From Alphaproteobacteria bacterium (lineage in GTDB: Bacteria > Pseudomonadota > Alphaproteobacteria > UBA6615): DNA of 64,000 bases. The translations under genes and the position numbers were made by a program. Location of the stretch: the NCBI GenBank assembly GCA_965261975.1, contig CBDHEC010000057.1:96001-160000 (forward strand), given 5' to 3'. Of this stretch, positions 1 to 10,179 are shown piece by piece. The notes under the pieces were generated by a model that was not told the origin of the DNA, did no database searches, and worked only from the letters and a program-made list of their open reading frames with translations. Position 1 is the stretch's first letter; every line of letters begins with the position of its first letter.

Positions 1-382
1 TCCGCTGCTCGTCAACCAGACAACGCGCTTCCTGAACCCGGCCAAGGATCTCGTCGCTCCGGAAACCGAAGGTAATTTCTACGAGTTCCGCAACTATCGC
101 TTGAAACCCGGCAAGGCCGCGGGATGGATGAAACGCTTCATCGACGTCATGCCGGTGCGCGAGAAGTATTCAAAGAATGTCTGCGCCTGGATCACCGAAG
201 GCCCGAACCCCAACGAGGTCTGCCACCTGTGGGCCTATGAGAGCCTCGAGCAGCGCATGGAGACCCGCAACGGCGTCGCGAAGGAGCCAGCATGGCAGGA
301 ATTCGCCGCTGCGGGACGCGAGGAGCTTGAGGAAATGCACTCGACGATGATTTTCCCGGCGAACTTCTCACCCCTGAAATAA
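1..382 (+). CDS. NIPSNAP family protein (5' truncated by window edge)
   Basis: Frame open from position 2; YEFRNYRLKPG, HLWAYESLEQR and FSPLK motifs are typical of NIPSNAP. Confidence 0.85.
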   Translation, partial: PLLVNQTTRFLNPAKDLVAPETEGNFYEFRNYRLKPGKAAGWMKRFIDVMPVREKYSKNVCAWITEGPNPNEVCHLWAYESLEQRMETRNGVAKEPAWQEFAAAGREELEEMHSTMIFPANFSPLK

Positions 383-402
383 CGGCGCGCCGCGGACGGC
401 GC

Positions 403-657
403 TTAAGCCTCGGTCTCGGGCGGGAGAATCTCCTGAACGCACACCTGGTCCAACAGGTGCGTGCGTCCCAAATCTTCGAGATGCGCGCGCTTGTGCTCGT
501 TTGTGAGATTGGCGCCGACACCCTGGGTCATGGCCATGACGAAGGATCGATCGCCCAGATCGAGCCAATAACTTCGACGCACGAGCTTGCCTTCGGCGTC
601 GCGGGCGAAGGGGTCATCCGGGTTTGCTCCCAGATCGGGACTATAGAAATCAGTCAT
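403..657 (-). CDS. Hypothetical protein, 84 aa (MTDFYSPDLG...)
   Basis: Protein-like composition from ATG at 657; the longer upstream ORF extension looks non-coding. Confidence 0.65.
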   Translation of the reverse strand: MTDFYSPDLGANPDDPFARDAEGKLVRRSYWLDLGDRSFVMAMTQGVGANLTNEHKRAHLEDLGRTHLLDQVCVQEILPPETEA

Positions 658-800
658 TGTCGAAACTCGTCTGGTCACGGGCGGCCTGTGTGCCACAGCG
701 CGCCCGTAACCGATAGAGTTACTTATTGGGCTGCGTCTTGATCGCGAGCTTCCCCATGGCACATGTTGCCTGCACGATGGGCAGTCGCCAGACTGCGGCG

Positions 801-1517
801 ATGGATCTGCGAACAGAACATGGCTCACGGCCAAACCCATGGCGGATCGTGCGATGCGGTTGCATCATCATGATGTTCGTCCTGATGCACACCGGCCCGG
901 TGCTTGCCCAGGAAAACAGGACCGTGGACGGTGAGGAACTTGGTGTTTCCGACTGGCACGACATCGGTCCGGGCGACAGCGAATTTCGCGGCAGCCCGAT
1001 TGCGGACGCCTTCGCCATAAGCCGGAACAAACTTCCCGACCGGGTCGAGGAATCATGGCGTCATCCCGGCAACCAGCCTCGCGGGCCCCTCCTGACGATG
1101 TTCTATGAACGCCTGCAGGATAGTTTTTTCGCGTCCGAAATGTTCGAGGCCGACTTTCGCAGCGTGTTCGACCTGGCGTTTGCCGCCAAAGGGGTCGACC
1201 TCACCGACGCGCGTGTCGTTGCGCTCGATGATAAATCCAGGGCCGCATTCGTCTCCTACGGCGCGACGAGCTGCGTGTTCGTCATGCGCGTATTCGGACC
1301 CGTGTCGGAACAGGGACGGATATCCAACGGCGACCGCAACGCGCGATTGTTCGTGTGCCAACGCGGCGATGTCGACGAAACACTCCTCGGCGACCTCGCC
1401 ATATCGATGCTGTCGGCTCTCGAGCAGAACGGCCAGGGAATCGGCATTCCCGGCCGCGTCACGCCCCCATTGCCGAACCTCATCGAGCGGCTCTTCACCC
1501 GGGAGGAAGCAGTCTGA
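801..1517 (+). CDS. Hypothetical exported protein (start uncertain, 726-870)
   Basis: Hydrophobic stretch ending VLA-QE resembles a signal peptide; no family recognised. Confidence 0.6.
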   Translation: MDLRTEHGSRPNPWRIVRCGCIIMMFVLMHTGPVLAQENRTVDGEELGVSDWHDIGPGDSEFRGSPIADAFAISRNKLPDRVEESWRHPGNQPRGPLLTMFYERLQDSFFASEMFEADFRSVFDLAFAAKGVDLTDARVVALDDKSRAAFVSYGATSCVFVMRVFGPVSEQGRISNGDRNARLFVCQRGDVDETLLGDLAISMLSALEQNGQGIGIPGRVTPPLPNLIERLFTREEAV

Positions 1518-1586
1518 TACGCAGGTGCCTTCGCAATTTCGCCCGGTTGCGCTAGTGTTTCGACAACAAGGGGATGGAGAAGCACA

Positions 1587-2174
1587 ATGAAAACAGTCGA
1601 CCTCAACAACCCGGACATGTCCAACCGCATCGCCCGGTTCAAGGATCTCAAGCCTTACAAGCAGTCGATCATGGAAGGTACCGGCATTCCCGCCGAAGCC
1701 GTCGAGGTCGTCTCGGCGAAATCAGTCTATCCGCTGATGTCGCCTGAAGGATGGGAAGGCCGCTCGAAGGTCGCACCGGTGAAGGGCATGGATGGCCTCA
1801 CGGTGACGATCGCCGAATGCCCACCGGGCAACAATCCCGGCCTGCACAGCCATTCGCACACCGTCGAGAACTTCTTCTGCCTGAACGGAAAGTTCCGCAT
1901 TTCCTGGGGCGAGAATGGTGAGCATTCGACCGAACTCGAACCGCTCGATTTCATTTCGGTACCCGCCGGTGTTTATCGCGACTTCAACAACATCTCCGAC
2001 GAGACCGCACGCCTGCTGGTCATGATCCAGAACGTCGAAGGCGATGTGAAAGACGAGGTCGTGTTCCATCCCAAGGTCGGCAAGGAAATCGCCGAAAAAT
2101 TCGGTGAGGACACGGTGGTCGCACTGGACAATGTCGGCTTCCGCTTCGCCGACCGGATCGCCGCCGCCGAGTAA
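1587..2174 (+). CDS. Cupin domain protein
   Basis: GLHSHSHTVENF and ISVPAGVYRDF cupin motifs; GGAGA RBS. Confidence 0.85.
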   Translation: MKTVDLNNPDMSNRIARFKDLKPYKQSIMEGTGIPAEAVEVVSAKSVYPLMSPEGWEGRSKVAPVKGMDGLTVTIAECPPGNNPGLHSHSHTVENFFCLNGKFRISWGENGEHSTELEPLDFISVPAGVYRDFNNISDETARLLVMIQNVEGDVKDEVVFHPKVGKEIAEKFGEDTVVALDNVGFRFADRIAAAE

Positions 2175-2194
2175 CCCCGGCGGCGAAGTGCCGG

Positions 2195-2917
2195 CTACTC
2201 GACGATCTCGGATTTCAGCATGAGCTCACCGAACCCGGGGACGGGATCGGTGATGCCCATCCGGCGCAGCGCGTACCAGTAGGTCGCCTGATTGACCGAT
2301 ATGACGGGCTTCTTGAACCGGTCCTCCAGTTCGGCGATGAGCGGCACGATACCGAGCGACCCGCCGACATGCAGCAGCGTGTCGATGTCGGGGCCATCGA
2401 CCTCCTCGAAGGCCTCGATCACCCGTTCCATGGGAACGTTCACGGCATTTTCGGGCTTGTCCACCAGAAGCGCGGTCGCCGCCGCGATATCAAAGCCGAG
2501 CGCGGTGTAGTAGTCGACCGCGCTCTTGGAATTTTCGACTGAAAGCGGCGACATCATCCCGACCCGCTTCGCCCCCATTGTGCGCAGCGCTGCGATGACC
2601 GCATCCGTCGCCAGCACGAAAGCCTTGCCGTCGGCCCGTTCGGCGAACTCGCCCGTGTACCATTCCTGCTTTTCGAGCGACCAGTCGCGCATCTCAAGCG
2701 AGTTGCCGCCGACGATCATGTCCGGCCAGCACTTCAAGGTCTGCGGCACCACGTCCAGCACCGCCTCGCCGACGGTATCCGGGCTCGTGATGTTGAACCG
2801 GTACATCTGATTGCTGACACCCTCCGGCCGCATCATCTCGTATTCGGGCTGCATGTTGGAATTCTGAACGGGAATGAGAACGGCAACGACGCCGCGGGGT
2901 CCGAAACGATCGGGCAT
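2195..2917 (-). CDS. Maleate cis-trans isomerase/arylmalonate decarboxylase (Asp/Glu racemase superfamily) protein, paralog B
   Basis: IPVQNSNMQPE, ALRTMGAKRVG and KPVISVNQATYWYALR motifs. Confidence 0.8.
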   Translation of the reverse strand: MPDRFGPRGVVAVLIPVQNSNMQPEYEMMRPEGVSNQMYRFNITSPDTVGEAVLDVVPQTLKCWPDMIVGGNSLEMRDWSLEKQEWYTGEFAERADGKAFVLATDAVIAALRTMGAKRVGMMSPLSVENSKSAVDYYTALGFDIAAATALLVDKPENAVNVPMERVIEAFEEVDGPDIDTLLHVGGSLGIVPLIAELEDRFKKPVISVNQATYWYALRRMGITDPVPGFGELMLKSEIVE

Positions 2918-2929
2918 GGCAATAACTCT

Positions 2930-3670
2930 CTATGAAGTTGAAATGGATTGGTCGGCGACGTCCCGGTGCATCATAAGCTGTCCGAAACCAGGCAGGGGGT
3001 CGCTCACCCCGATCTTGCGCAACGCATACCAGTATGTCGCAGCGTTGACCGAGACAAGCGGCTTGCCGAAACGGGCTTCGATCGCCTCGATGTGCGACAC
3101 GATACCGAGCGCCCCGCCGATATGCAGAAGCGTATCCACGTCACTTGTGTCGATACGCTCGAACGCGGCAATCGCGTCTTCGGCCGTCATATTGATGATG
3201 TCTTCGGATCTCTCGACCATCAGGGAGGTGTCGTAGGGCATGTCGAAGCCCTGCGCCTCGTAATATCTTTTGGCACCCTTCGAATGCTCCGGGGACATGG
3301 GCGAAAGCATACCGATCCGTCTGGCACCGACTGTCTTCAGCGCGGCGATCGTTGCATCGGTAGCGAGGACCACCGGCACGCCATTCGCCTGTGCTTCGAA
3401 CGCCGCCCGGTATTCGACCTGCTGCGCATCCGACCAGTCACGCATCTCGAGCGAATTGCCGCCGACAATCACATCCGGCCAGCATCGCAGCGTATCGGGA
3501 ACCACACGCAGGACCGCGTCCGGCACCTTGTCGTGATCCGAAATATCGAACCGGTACATCTGATGGCTGACGCCCGCAGGGCGCATCAGTTCGTATTCCG
3601 GTTGCATGTTTGCATTCTGCACCGAAATCACGACCGCCATGACACCGCGGGGTCCGAAACGATCAGGCAA
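2930..3670 (-). CDS. Maleate cis-trans isomerase/arylmalonate decarboxylase family protein, paralog A
   Basis: Same motifs as its neighbour; TTG start with AGGAG RBS. Confidence 0.8.
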   Translation of the reverse strand: MPDRFGPRGVMAVVISVQNANMQPEYELMRPAGVSHQMYRFDISDHDKVPDAVLRVVPDTLRCWPDVIVGGNSLEMRDWSDAQQVEYRAAFEAQANGVPVVLATDATIAALKTVGARRIGMLSPMSPEHSKGAKRYYEAQGFDMPYDTSLMVERSEDIINMTAEDAIAAFERIDTSDVDTLLHIGGALGIVSHIEAIEARFGKPLVSVNAATYWYALRKIGVSDPLPGFGQLMMHRDVADQSISTS

Positions 3671-3776
3671 AACCGCACTCCTGTCCCTTGAATGGCAGGG
3701 AAATTAGCGGTTCGGGATTTTTTTTCAGAAGATCAGTTCCATTCACGACGCTTGTGACACAGGCATCGATGCCGGG

Positions 3777-4172
3777 TCAGACAGGACGACCCGAAGTATG
3801 CGACGACGTGATCTTGATCGACCACCCGTCGGGCCCGGGCACATAGAAAGAGCTATGTATGGAACCGGACGTGATTTTCGACGGCTTGAGTTTCTGCTTC
3901 TTGCAGTAATCGCGCATGGCCTTGATGTCATCGACCATCAGGTCAACGGGCGCGATATCTCCAGCCTTAATCTTCCGGCGCGACTTGTTGAGGATCAGAT
4001 GGGTACCGCCACGCAACTCCAGAACCGCAAATTTCGGGGCCTCGAAAACCGACCGCAGGCCGAGCACTTGCATGAACTCGCTTGCCTGCGGCACATCCTT
4101 TACGTGCAGCGAAACATGTCCCACTGCGACCGGCGGGCGTTGATCAGAAGTCTTCTTCGCTTTCTGGGGCAT
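3777..4172 (-). CDS. VOC/glyoxalase family protein
   Basis: GHVSLHVKDV, DLMVDDI and FYVPGPDGW motifs. Confidence 0.8.
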   Translation of the reverse strand: MPQKAKKTSDQRPPVAVGHVSLHVKDVPQASEFMQVLGLRSVFEAPKFAVLELRGGTHLILNKSRRKIKAGDIAPVDLMVDDIKAMRDYCKKQKLKPSKITSGSIHSSFYVPGPDGWSIKITSSHTSGRPV

Positions 4173-4279
4173 TCGGCAGTCTCCAAATATGTGCTGCGTG
4201 TTGCCAACTCAACTATAACCAAATGGGCGATAATCAAGCTTTGCGGCTATGATTGTGACCAACGAAGGGAAGCGCAGCC

Positions 4280-5074
4280 ATGAGCTTTGACGACATATTG
4301 TACGAAACCCGCGACGGCGTCGCGACCATCACGATAAACCGTCCGGATAAGCTCAACGCATTCAGCGGTCACACGATCGAGGAAATGATTGACGCGCTGC
4401 AAGACGCCGGCTGGGACAAGTCGGTGGGCGTCGTGGTGATCACAGGTGCCGGCGATCGTGCCTTCTCGTCAGGCGGGGATCAGTCGCTCGAGAACAAGGC
4501 CACCGACGGCTATGGCAGCCGCCGGGGGACCACCGGCATTCCCATCGAGGAGTTCCAGGGCTTGATCCGCGACGTCCCGAAACCGGTAATCGCCAAGGTG
4601 CGCGGTTATGCCATTGGCGGCGGCAACGTCATCGCCACGGTGTGTGACCTGACGATCGCCGGCGAGAGCGCGATCTTCGGCCAGGTCGGCCCGAGCATGG
4701 GCTCGGTTGATCCTGGCTTTGGCACCGCCTATCTCGCGCGGGTCGTCGGCGAAAAGAAGGCGCGCGAAATCTGGTACATGTGCCGACAATACACCGCCCG
4801 CGAGGCGCTCGAGATGGGCCTGGCGAACGCCGTCGTTCCGGACAAGGACCTGGACGCCGAGGTGGACCGCTGGTGCGCCGACCTTATGGACCGGAGCCCA
4901 ACCGCACTGTCCATCGCCAAACGGTCGTTCAACGCCGACACCGACCATATCAAGGGGATCGGCGCGATGGGATTCGAGGCCCTGAAGTTGTATTACGCGT
5001 CCGAGGAATCCAAGGAAGGCGGCCGCGCATTCCAGGAACGCCGCAAGCCGGAATTCCGCAAGTACGTCAAGTAA
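4280..5074 (+). CDS. badI: 2-ketocyclohexanecarboxyl-CoA hydrolase (BadI, MenB-like crotonase)
   Basis: GGDQS, GYAIGGGNV, FGQVGP.MGSVDPG.GTA.LARVVGEKKAREIWYMC and KPEFRKY closely match Rhodopseudomonas BadI as I recall it. Confidence 0.8.
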   Translation: MSFDDILYETRDGVATITINRPDKLNAFSGHTIEEMIDALQDAGWDKSVGVVVITGAGDRAFSSGGDQSLENKATDGYGSRRGTTGIPIEEFQGLIRDVPKPVIAKVRGYAIGGGNVIATVCDLTIAGESAIFGQVGPSMGSVDPGFGTAYLARVVGEKKAREIWYMCRQYTAREALEMGLANAVVPDKDLDAEVDRWCADLMDRSPTALSIAKRSFNADTDHIKGIGAMGFEALKLYYASEESKEGGRAFQERRKPEFRKYVK

Positions 5075-5092
5075 CACCAAGCGATCGGGAAC

Positions 5093-6058
5093 ATGGAACA
5101 GGATGCAAAGATATATGTTGCGGGACATCGCGGGCTCGTCGGCCAGGCGCTGATCCGGCAACTCGAAGCCGCGGGCCATGGCAACATCGTGACCCGGACC
5201 AGCGCCGAACTCGACCTGACCGAACAGGCGGCCGTGCGGGAATTCTTCGATGCGGAGAAACCGGACTATGTGCTCGATGCGGCGGCGATCGTTGGCGGCA
5301 TCTTGGCGAACGATCAGTATCCGGCGGACTTCATAGCCGGCAACTTGAAGATTCAAACGAACCTGATCGACACCGCCTATCGCGCCGGCGCCAGGAAGAT
5401 GCTGTTCCTCGGCTCAACCTGCATCATGCCCCGCGATGCCCCTCAGCCCATGAAGGAAGAATACATGCTGACGGGGCCGCTGGAGGAAACCAACCAGTGG
5501 TACGCCGTGGCCAAGATTGCCGGAATCAAGATGTGTCAGGCCTATCGTCGGCAATACGGCTTCGATGCGATCAGCGTGCAACCGACCAATCTCTTCGGGA
5601 TCGGCGACAATTTCGACTATGAGACGTCCCACATGGCGCCCGCCATGATCCGCCGGATGCATGAGGCGAAGCTGTCGAACGCGGAACAGGTCACGATCTG
5701 GGGCACGGGCACACCGAAACGCGAGATCATGTTCGCCGACGACATGGCCGATGCCTGTATCTATCTGATGAACAATTATTCCGACGAACCTTTCGTCAAT
5801 ATCGGCACGGGCGAGGACATATCCATCGCCGACTTCGCGACACTCGTCGCAGATGTGGTCGGCTATTCCGGGGCTTTCGAGTACGACACCTCACGCCCGG
5901 ATGGCACCCTGCGCAAACTGGTCGACGTGAGCCGTCTGACCGAACTCGGCTGGCAATCGAAGATCAGCCTGCGCGAAGGTGTTGAGCGCACCTATGCCTG
6001 GTACCTGGAAAACGCGGAGAATCTGCGAACACTCAGCGCCGACAAACTCGCCCGCTGA
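5093..6058 (+). CDS. fcl: GDP-L-fucose synthase
   Basis: AGHRGLVG, VGGILAN, YAVAKIAG, IWGTGTPKRE and PDGTLRKL motifs. Confidence 0.92.
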   Translation: MEQDAKIYVAGHRGLVGQALIRQLEAAGHGNIVTRTSAELDLTEQAAVREFFDAEKPDYVLDAAAIVGGILANDQYPADFIAGNLKIQTNLIDTAYRAGARKMLFLGSTCIMPRDAPQPMKEEYMLTGPLEETNQWYAVAKIAGIKMCQAYRRQYGFDAISVQPTNLFGIGDNFDYETSHMAPAMIRRMHEAKLSNAEQVTIWGTGTPKREIMFADDMADACIYLMNNYSDEPFVNIGTGEDISIADFATLVADVVGYSGAFEYDTSRPDGTLRKLVDVSRLTELGWQSKISLREGVERTYAWYLENAENLRTLSADKLAR

Positions 6059-6066
6059 AGGGTTTG

Positions 6067-6831
6067 TTACGACGCAACACCGCCGGCACCAGCCGGACAA
6101 TAAGCCGCCCCGAGAACCGGCCCCACCTTGCCGTCCTGCACCAGGATCGCACAGCTCTGGCCGTCTTCGAGCGCCAGGTCCGTCACGTCGATCGCGGTCA
6201 TTTTTCCGTCCCAACGGCCAATGCGGCGCACCTCGCGAAAGATATTGTGGTTCGTCAACGTCTTGCCGTGGTTCTCGCCACGCGCGACCTTCGTTGTGAC
6301 TTCCCGGATAAACGTGACCAGCCAGACATCCGCCTTTCCGTCAGGCACGTCCCCGACAGAGACCGCCAAGCCGCCGTTGGCGGCAGCGGCAACCTCGACC
6401 GACACCCGTGGTTGATCGTCCTTGCGCACACTGGAGATTCGTCTCTGGACTTCCCCACGGCGAGAACCAACCGCCTCCGTTCGTCCGTCGATCACCATCT
6501 GTGGCGTGTACACGCTGCGGGTGTTTCGAATCTCCGCGTTATACGAACGCTGGCGTTCGGTCATCTCCGGGGCCGAGAAAACATCTTTCCAGCGGCCATG
6601 CCGGCCATAGTTCAAGCGGTCCCAGTAATCGACGTGATATTCGAGCGCGAGGATATCCTCCTCTTCCGCGAGTTCGCCGAGATAGGCCTCGGCCGGCGGA
6701 CAGGAATAGCAACTTTGCGATGTGAACAATTCGATCACTGTGAGCTGGTCGTCGGCGGCGATTGCCGGACCTTGCGCATGGATTGCACCGGCCAATACCA
6801 GCCCCCCGACTGCGACTCGAAATGCTCTCAT
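6067..6831 (-). CDS. DUF1223 thioredoxin-like exported protein
   Basis: ELFTSQSCYSCPPA, HVDYWD, YTPQMV and RGENHG motifs; signal peptide; GGAG RBS before ATG 6831. Confidence 0.88.
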   Translation of the reverse strand: MRAFRVAVGGLVLAGAIHAQGPAIAADDQLTVIELFTSQSCYSCPPAEAYLGELAEEEDILALEYHVDYWDRLNYGRHGRWKDVFSAPEMTERQRSYNAEIRNTRSVYTPQMVIDGRTEAVGSRRGEVQRRISSVRKDDQPRVSVEVAAAANGGLAVSVGDVPDGKADVWLVTFIREVTTKVARGENHGKTLTNHNIFREVRRIGRWDGKMTAIDVTDLALEDGQSCAILVQDGKVGPVLGAAYCPAGAGGVAS

Positions 6832-7066
6832 AACGTCTCTCCTACCGTGTTGAGGGTGTCGAACACACATGCACGTTAACAGCCTCGACGCAGCTTTATT
6901 CCCCCACTCACACAAGATTGAGTCAGTTTCGGCATTTTGGTTCACGTTCGCGTGAAAGCTCGCTGTTTCCGTTGGTAATCCAGTGGTTTACGTTGTTTCG
7001 TGGGTTGGTCGTGCCGGTCCCTAGCCGGGTGACGACATCACGTTTATGGGGAACTGGGAGATACAT

Positions 7067-7534
7067 ATGTTCACCGTTCGCAAACTTTCCAAACTCGGCC
7101 TGGTCGCGGGTGCTGCCTTGGCACTCGCGGTCGCATTTACGTCGTTCAGCAGCACCGACGTCTCGGCCGACAATCACGCCGACCGCAACGCCGCCATGAA
7201 ATCCCTGGGTGGCTCGATGAAGGCTCTCGGCGGCGCCGTCGCCGGCGGCAACGCATCGGCAGCTCAGGAAGCTGCTGCGAAGATCAGCGCAACCGCGGCT
7301 GAAATTCCCGCCCTCTTCAAGGACGGCAAGCCGGGCGCCAGTCGCGCCAAGGCCGAAATCTGGACAAATTTCGACGATTTCACCGCCAAGTCGAATGCCA
7401 TGAAGGCAGCGGCTGACAGCATCGCCGCCGACGCAGCAGCCGGTAAGCTGGGTTCTGACCCGAAAGCCGTTGTCGGCAAGATTGGCGCGACCTGTGGTGC
7501 ATGCCACAAGGCGTACCGGGGTCCGAAAGTCTAA
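7067..7534 (+). CDS. Cytochrome c'/c556 (class II cytochrome c)
   Basis: Signal peptide, AKAEIW motif, C-terminal CGACHKAYR heme site. Confidence 0.9.
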   Translation: MFTVRKLSKLGLVAGAALALAVAFTSFSSTDVSADNHADRNAAMKSLGGSMKALGGAVAGGNASAAQEAAAKISATAAEIPALFKDGKPGASRAKAEIWTNFDDFTAKSNAMKAAADSIAADAAAGKLGSDPKAVVGKIGATCGACHKAYRGPKV

Positions 7535-7555
7535 ACTGGCTCGTAAAACCGAATG

Positions 7556-7589
7556 AAAAATCGCTCGGCTCTGCCGGGCGATTTTTTTT
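7556..7589 (+). terminator. Rho-independent terminator after cytochrome c'
   Basis: AAAAATCGCTCGGC-TCT-GCCGGGCGATTTTTTTT hairpin with a U tract. Confidence 0.75.
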
Positions 7590-7603
7590 GCTAGGATCAA
7601 CTT

Positions 7604-8467
7604 ATGAAAACGATGATCAAGACAATACCGGTTCTGATTTGCCTCCTGGGTTCGTCTCCCGCGCTCGCCGAGACCGGCGACGCCACGCGCGGCGAGTACA
7701 TGTTGAACCTCGCCGGTTGCATCGCCTGCCACACCGTACCCGAAGGCGGCGCCTTTCTGGCGGGCGGACGCGAACTGAAGACCGATTTCGGATCCTTTTT
7801 CACACCGAACATCACTCCCGATGCAGAGACGGGCATCGGCAACTGGAGCGACGAAGACTTCGTCCGCGCGTTGCGCGAGGGAAAATCCCCGGAAGGCGGT
7901 CACTACTATCCGACATTTCCCTACACCTCCTACGCGCGCATGACCGAACAGGACATCCTCGACCTCAAGGCCTATCTCGATACGGTGCCCGCGGTGCGCA
8001 ACGCCGTTCCCGACCATGACCTGCCCTTCCCATTCGGCATCCGCGCCAGCATGTTCGGCTGGAAGTTGCTGTTCTTCGACGACACGCCCTTCACGCCCGA
8101 CCCAACACAGAGCGACGCCTGGAATCGCGGTGCATATATCGTCAATGGGCCGGGTCATTGTGGTGAGTGCCACACGCCGCGAAACATCCTGGGGGTGGTG
8201 GATTCCGACCGGCCGCTGGCCGGCAACCCCAATGGCCCCGAGGGCGACGCGGTGCCCAATATCACGCCCGGCCCGGGCGGTATCGGCGATTGGAGCGAAG
8301 ACGATATCGTTTCCATGCTGGAAATTGGCCTTCTGCCGGACGGCGATTTTGCCGGCGGCGCCATGACAGATGTGATCGACGAAAGCACGAGCAAGCTGAC
8401 GGCCGATGACTTACAAGCCATCGCGACTTATCTGATATCCTTGCCGCCGATCGCCGACGCGCGATAG
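7604..8467 (+). CDS. Diheme cytochrome c (class I, dehydrogenase cytochrome-subunit-like)
   Basis: Signal peptide; CIACH and CGECH; PNITPD.ETGIG.WS motif. Confidence 0.9.
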   Translation: MKTMIKTIPVLICLLGSSPALAETGDATRGEYMLNLAGCIACHTVPEGGAFLAGGRELKTDFGSFFTPNITPDAETGIGNWSDEDFVRALREGKSPEGGHYYPTFPYTSYARMTEQDILDLKAYLDTVPAVRNAVPDHDLPFPFGIRASMFGWKLLFFDDTPFTPDPTQSDAWNRGAYIVNGPGHCGECHTPRNILGVVDSDRPLAGNPNGPEGDAVPNITPGPGGIGDWSEDDIVSMLEIGLLPDGDFAGGAMTDVIDESTSKLTADDLQAIATYLISLPPIADAR

Positions 8468-8500
8468 ATCCTGAAATCACTCAGACATTGGAGAGTAATT

Positions 8501-8809
8501 ATGCCCGCCTATTGGCTCGCACGTTCGAAGATCAACGATCCCGTTGAGTACAAGAAATACACCGACCACATCCCCGGCATCCTGGCCAAATACAACGGCC
8601 GGGTCTTGGCCCGCGGCGGCGAGAAACGGGTGCTCGAAGGCGAGACCACCTATGAGCGCTTCGTCGTGATCGAGTTCGATTCCCTGGACGACGCCGAGGC
8701 CTGCTTCAACTCTCCCGAATATGTCGAAGCCGCCAAATTCCGCCGAGTGCCCGGGATTGCCCAGAATGAACTGGTGATTGTGGACGGCGGCGACGCGACG
8801 CCCCGCTAG
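8501..8809 (+). CDS. DUF1330 family protein
   Basis: GRVLARGG, VVIEFDS and FNSPEY motifs. Confidence 0.88.
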   Translation: MPAYWLARSKINDPVEYKKYTDHIPGILAKYNGRVLARGGEKRVLEGETTYERFVVIEFDSLDDAEACFNSPEYVEAAKFRRVPGIAQNELVIVDGGDATPR

Positions 8810-8818
8810 GCCCATATG

Positions 8819-9922
8819 TCAGGCCGCGGCGCCTGAATCGGGGAACAGCCCCGCCAGTCCCTCTGCACTGGCGGGGCAGACACCCCGCTCGGTGATTAAG
8901 CCCGTCACGAGACGGGCTGGGGTGACGTCGAAAGCATGGTTCGCCGACGCGGTTCCATCCGGCGTGAGCTGGACCGACACAACATCGCCCGACGCCGTCT
9001 TACCGGAGATATGCGTCACCTCTTCCTGATCACGCTGCTCAATCGGAATATCTCGGACCCCGTCGCTGAGCGTCCAATCGATCGTCGGCGACGGCAGGGC
9101 GACATAAAAGGGCACGCCATTGTCATGTGCGGCCAGCGCCTTGAGGTAAGTGCCGATCTTGTTCGCCACATCACCCGACGCGGTCGTGCGATCGGTCCCG
9201 GTGATGCAGAGGTCCACAAGCCCATGCTGCATCATGTGGCCGCCGGCATTGTCCGCCACCACCGCATGCGAGACCCCGTGACGGCCCAGCTCCCAGGATG
9301 TGAGTGCAGCACCCTGGTTGCGCGGACGTGTTTCATCTGCCCAGACATGTACCGGTATTCCCAGATCATGTGCCTTGTAAATGGGCGCCAGGGCCGTGCC
9401 CCAATCGACCGTCGCAAGCCACCCTGCATTGCAGTGGGTCAGGATGTTCACGGGCCCATCGCCGGGTGACGCATCGCAGGCGGCCCGGATGAGGGCCAGC
9501 CCATGGTCGCCGATGGCACTACAGATCGCCACATCCTCGTCGCATATCTCGGCGGCACGCGCATAAGCCAGCGCGGCCCGAATATCGTGTGGCTGGCTGC
9601 GCAACCGCCCCCGAAGGTCATCCAGCGCCCAGCGCAAATTCACCGCCGTCGGGCGTGTGTCCATCAGGACGTCGTAAGCATTGTCGAGCCCACCGTCGGA
9701 ACTGTCTTCGCGCATCGCCAGCGCCATCCCGTAGGCGGCCGTCGCGCCAATCAGGGGCGCGCCGCGCACGAGCATCGCGCGGATGGCGTGGGCGGCATCA
9801 TCGAGTGATCGAAGACATTCGATCTCAAACCGATGGGGCAGCTTTGTCTGGTCAATGATCTCGACCGACCAACCATCCGCTCCCAACCAGATTGTGCGGT
9901 AGGGCTGCCCGTCGACGTTCAT
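8819..9922 (-). CDS. mtnA: S-methyl-5-thioribose-1-phosphate isomerase
   Basis: [36 protein letters not shown] and NKIGTY motifs. Confidence 0.95.
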   Translation of the reverse strand: MNVDGQPYRTIWLGADGWSVEIIDQTKLPHRFEIECLRSLDDAAHAIRAMLVRGAPLIGATAAYGMALAMREDSSDGGLDNAYDVLMDTRPTAVNLRWALDDLRGRLRSQPHDIRAALAYARAAEICDEDVAICSAIGDHGLALIRAACDASPGDGPVNILTHCNAGWLATVDWGTALAPIYKAHDLGIPVHVWADETRPRNQGAALTSWELGRHGVSHAVVADNAGGHMMQHGLVDLCITGTDRTTASGDVANKIGTYLKALAAHDNGVPFYVALPSPTIDWTLSDGVRDIPIEQRDQEEVTHISGKTASGDVVSVQLTPDGTASANHAFDVTPARLVTGLITERGVCPASAEGLAGLFPDSGAAA

Positions 9923-10170
9923 GCATCCCCTCCCTTGCAGATCCGGAAGGTGTAAATGCCGTCACCCTCCGTTGATTCCAGCAGGGTGTCACCCGTCGCT
10001 TCGCAGAAGTGCGCAAAATCCCGAACCGAGCCGGGATCGGATGCGATCACCCGCAACGTGGCGCCGGGAGCCATCGTCTTGAGTGCCTTCTTGGCCTTCA
10101 GAACAGGGAGCGGACATTTGAGGCCGCTGGTGTCGAGCATTTGGTCGTCGTCGGATTGCATTTCGGGCAT
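9919..10170 (-). CDS. tusA: TusA family sulfur carrier protein
   Basis: [11 protein letters not shown] motif; about 83 aa. Confidence 0.88.
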   Translation of the reverse strand: MPEMQSDDDQMLDTSGLKCPLPVLKAKKALKTMAPGATLRVIASDPGSVRDFAHFCEATGDTLLESTEGDGIYTFRICKGGDA

Positions 10171-10179
10171 CACTTCACA

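Noticed and set aside
7067-8467. Cytochrome c' plus diheme cytochrome pair as a novel system
   Set aside because: This is a familiar arrangement in alphaproteobacteria.
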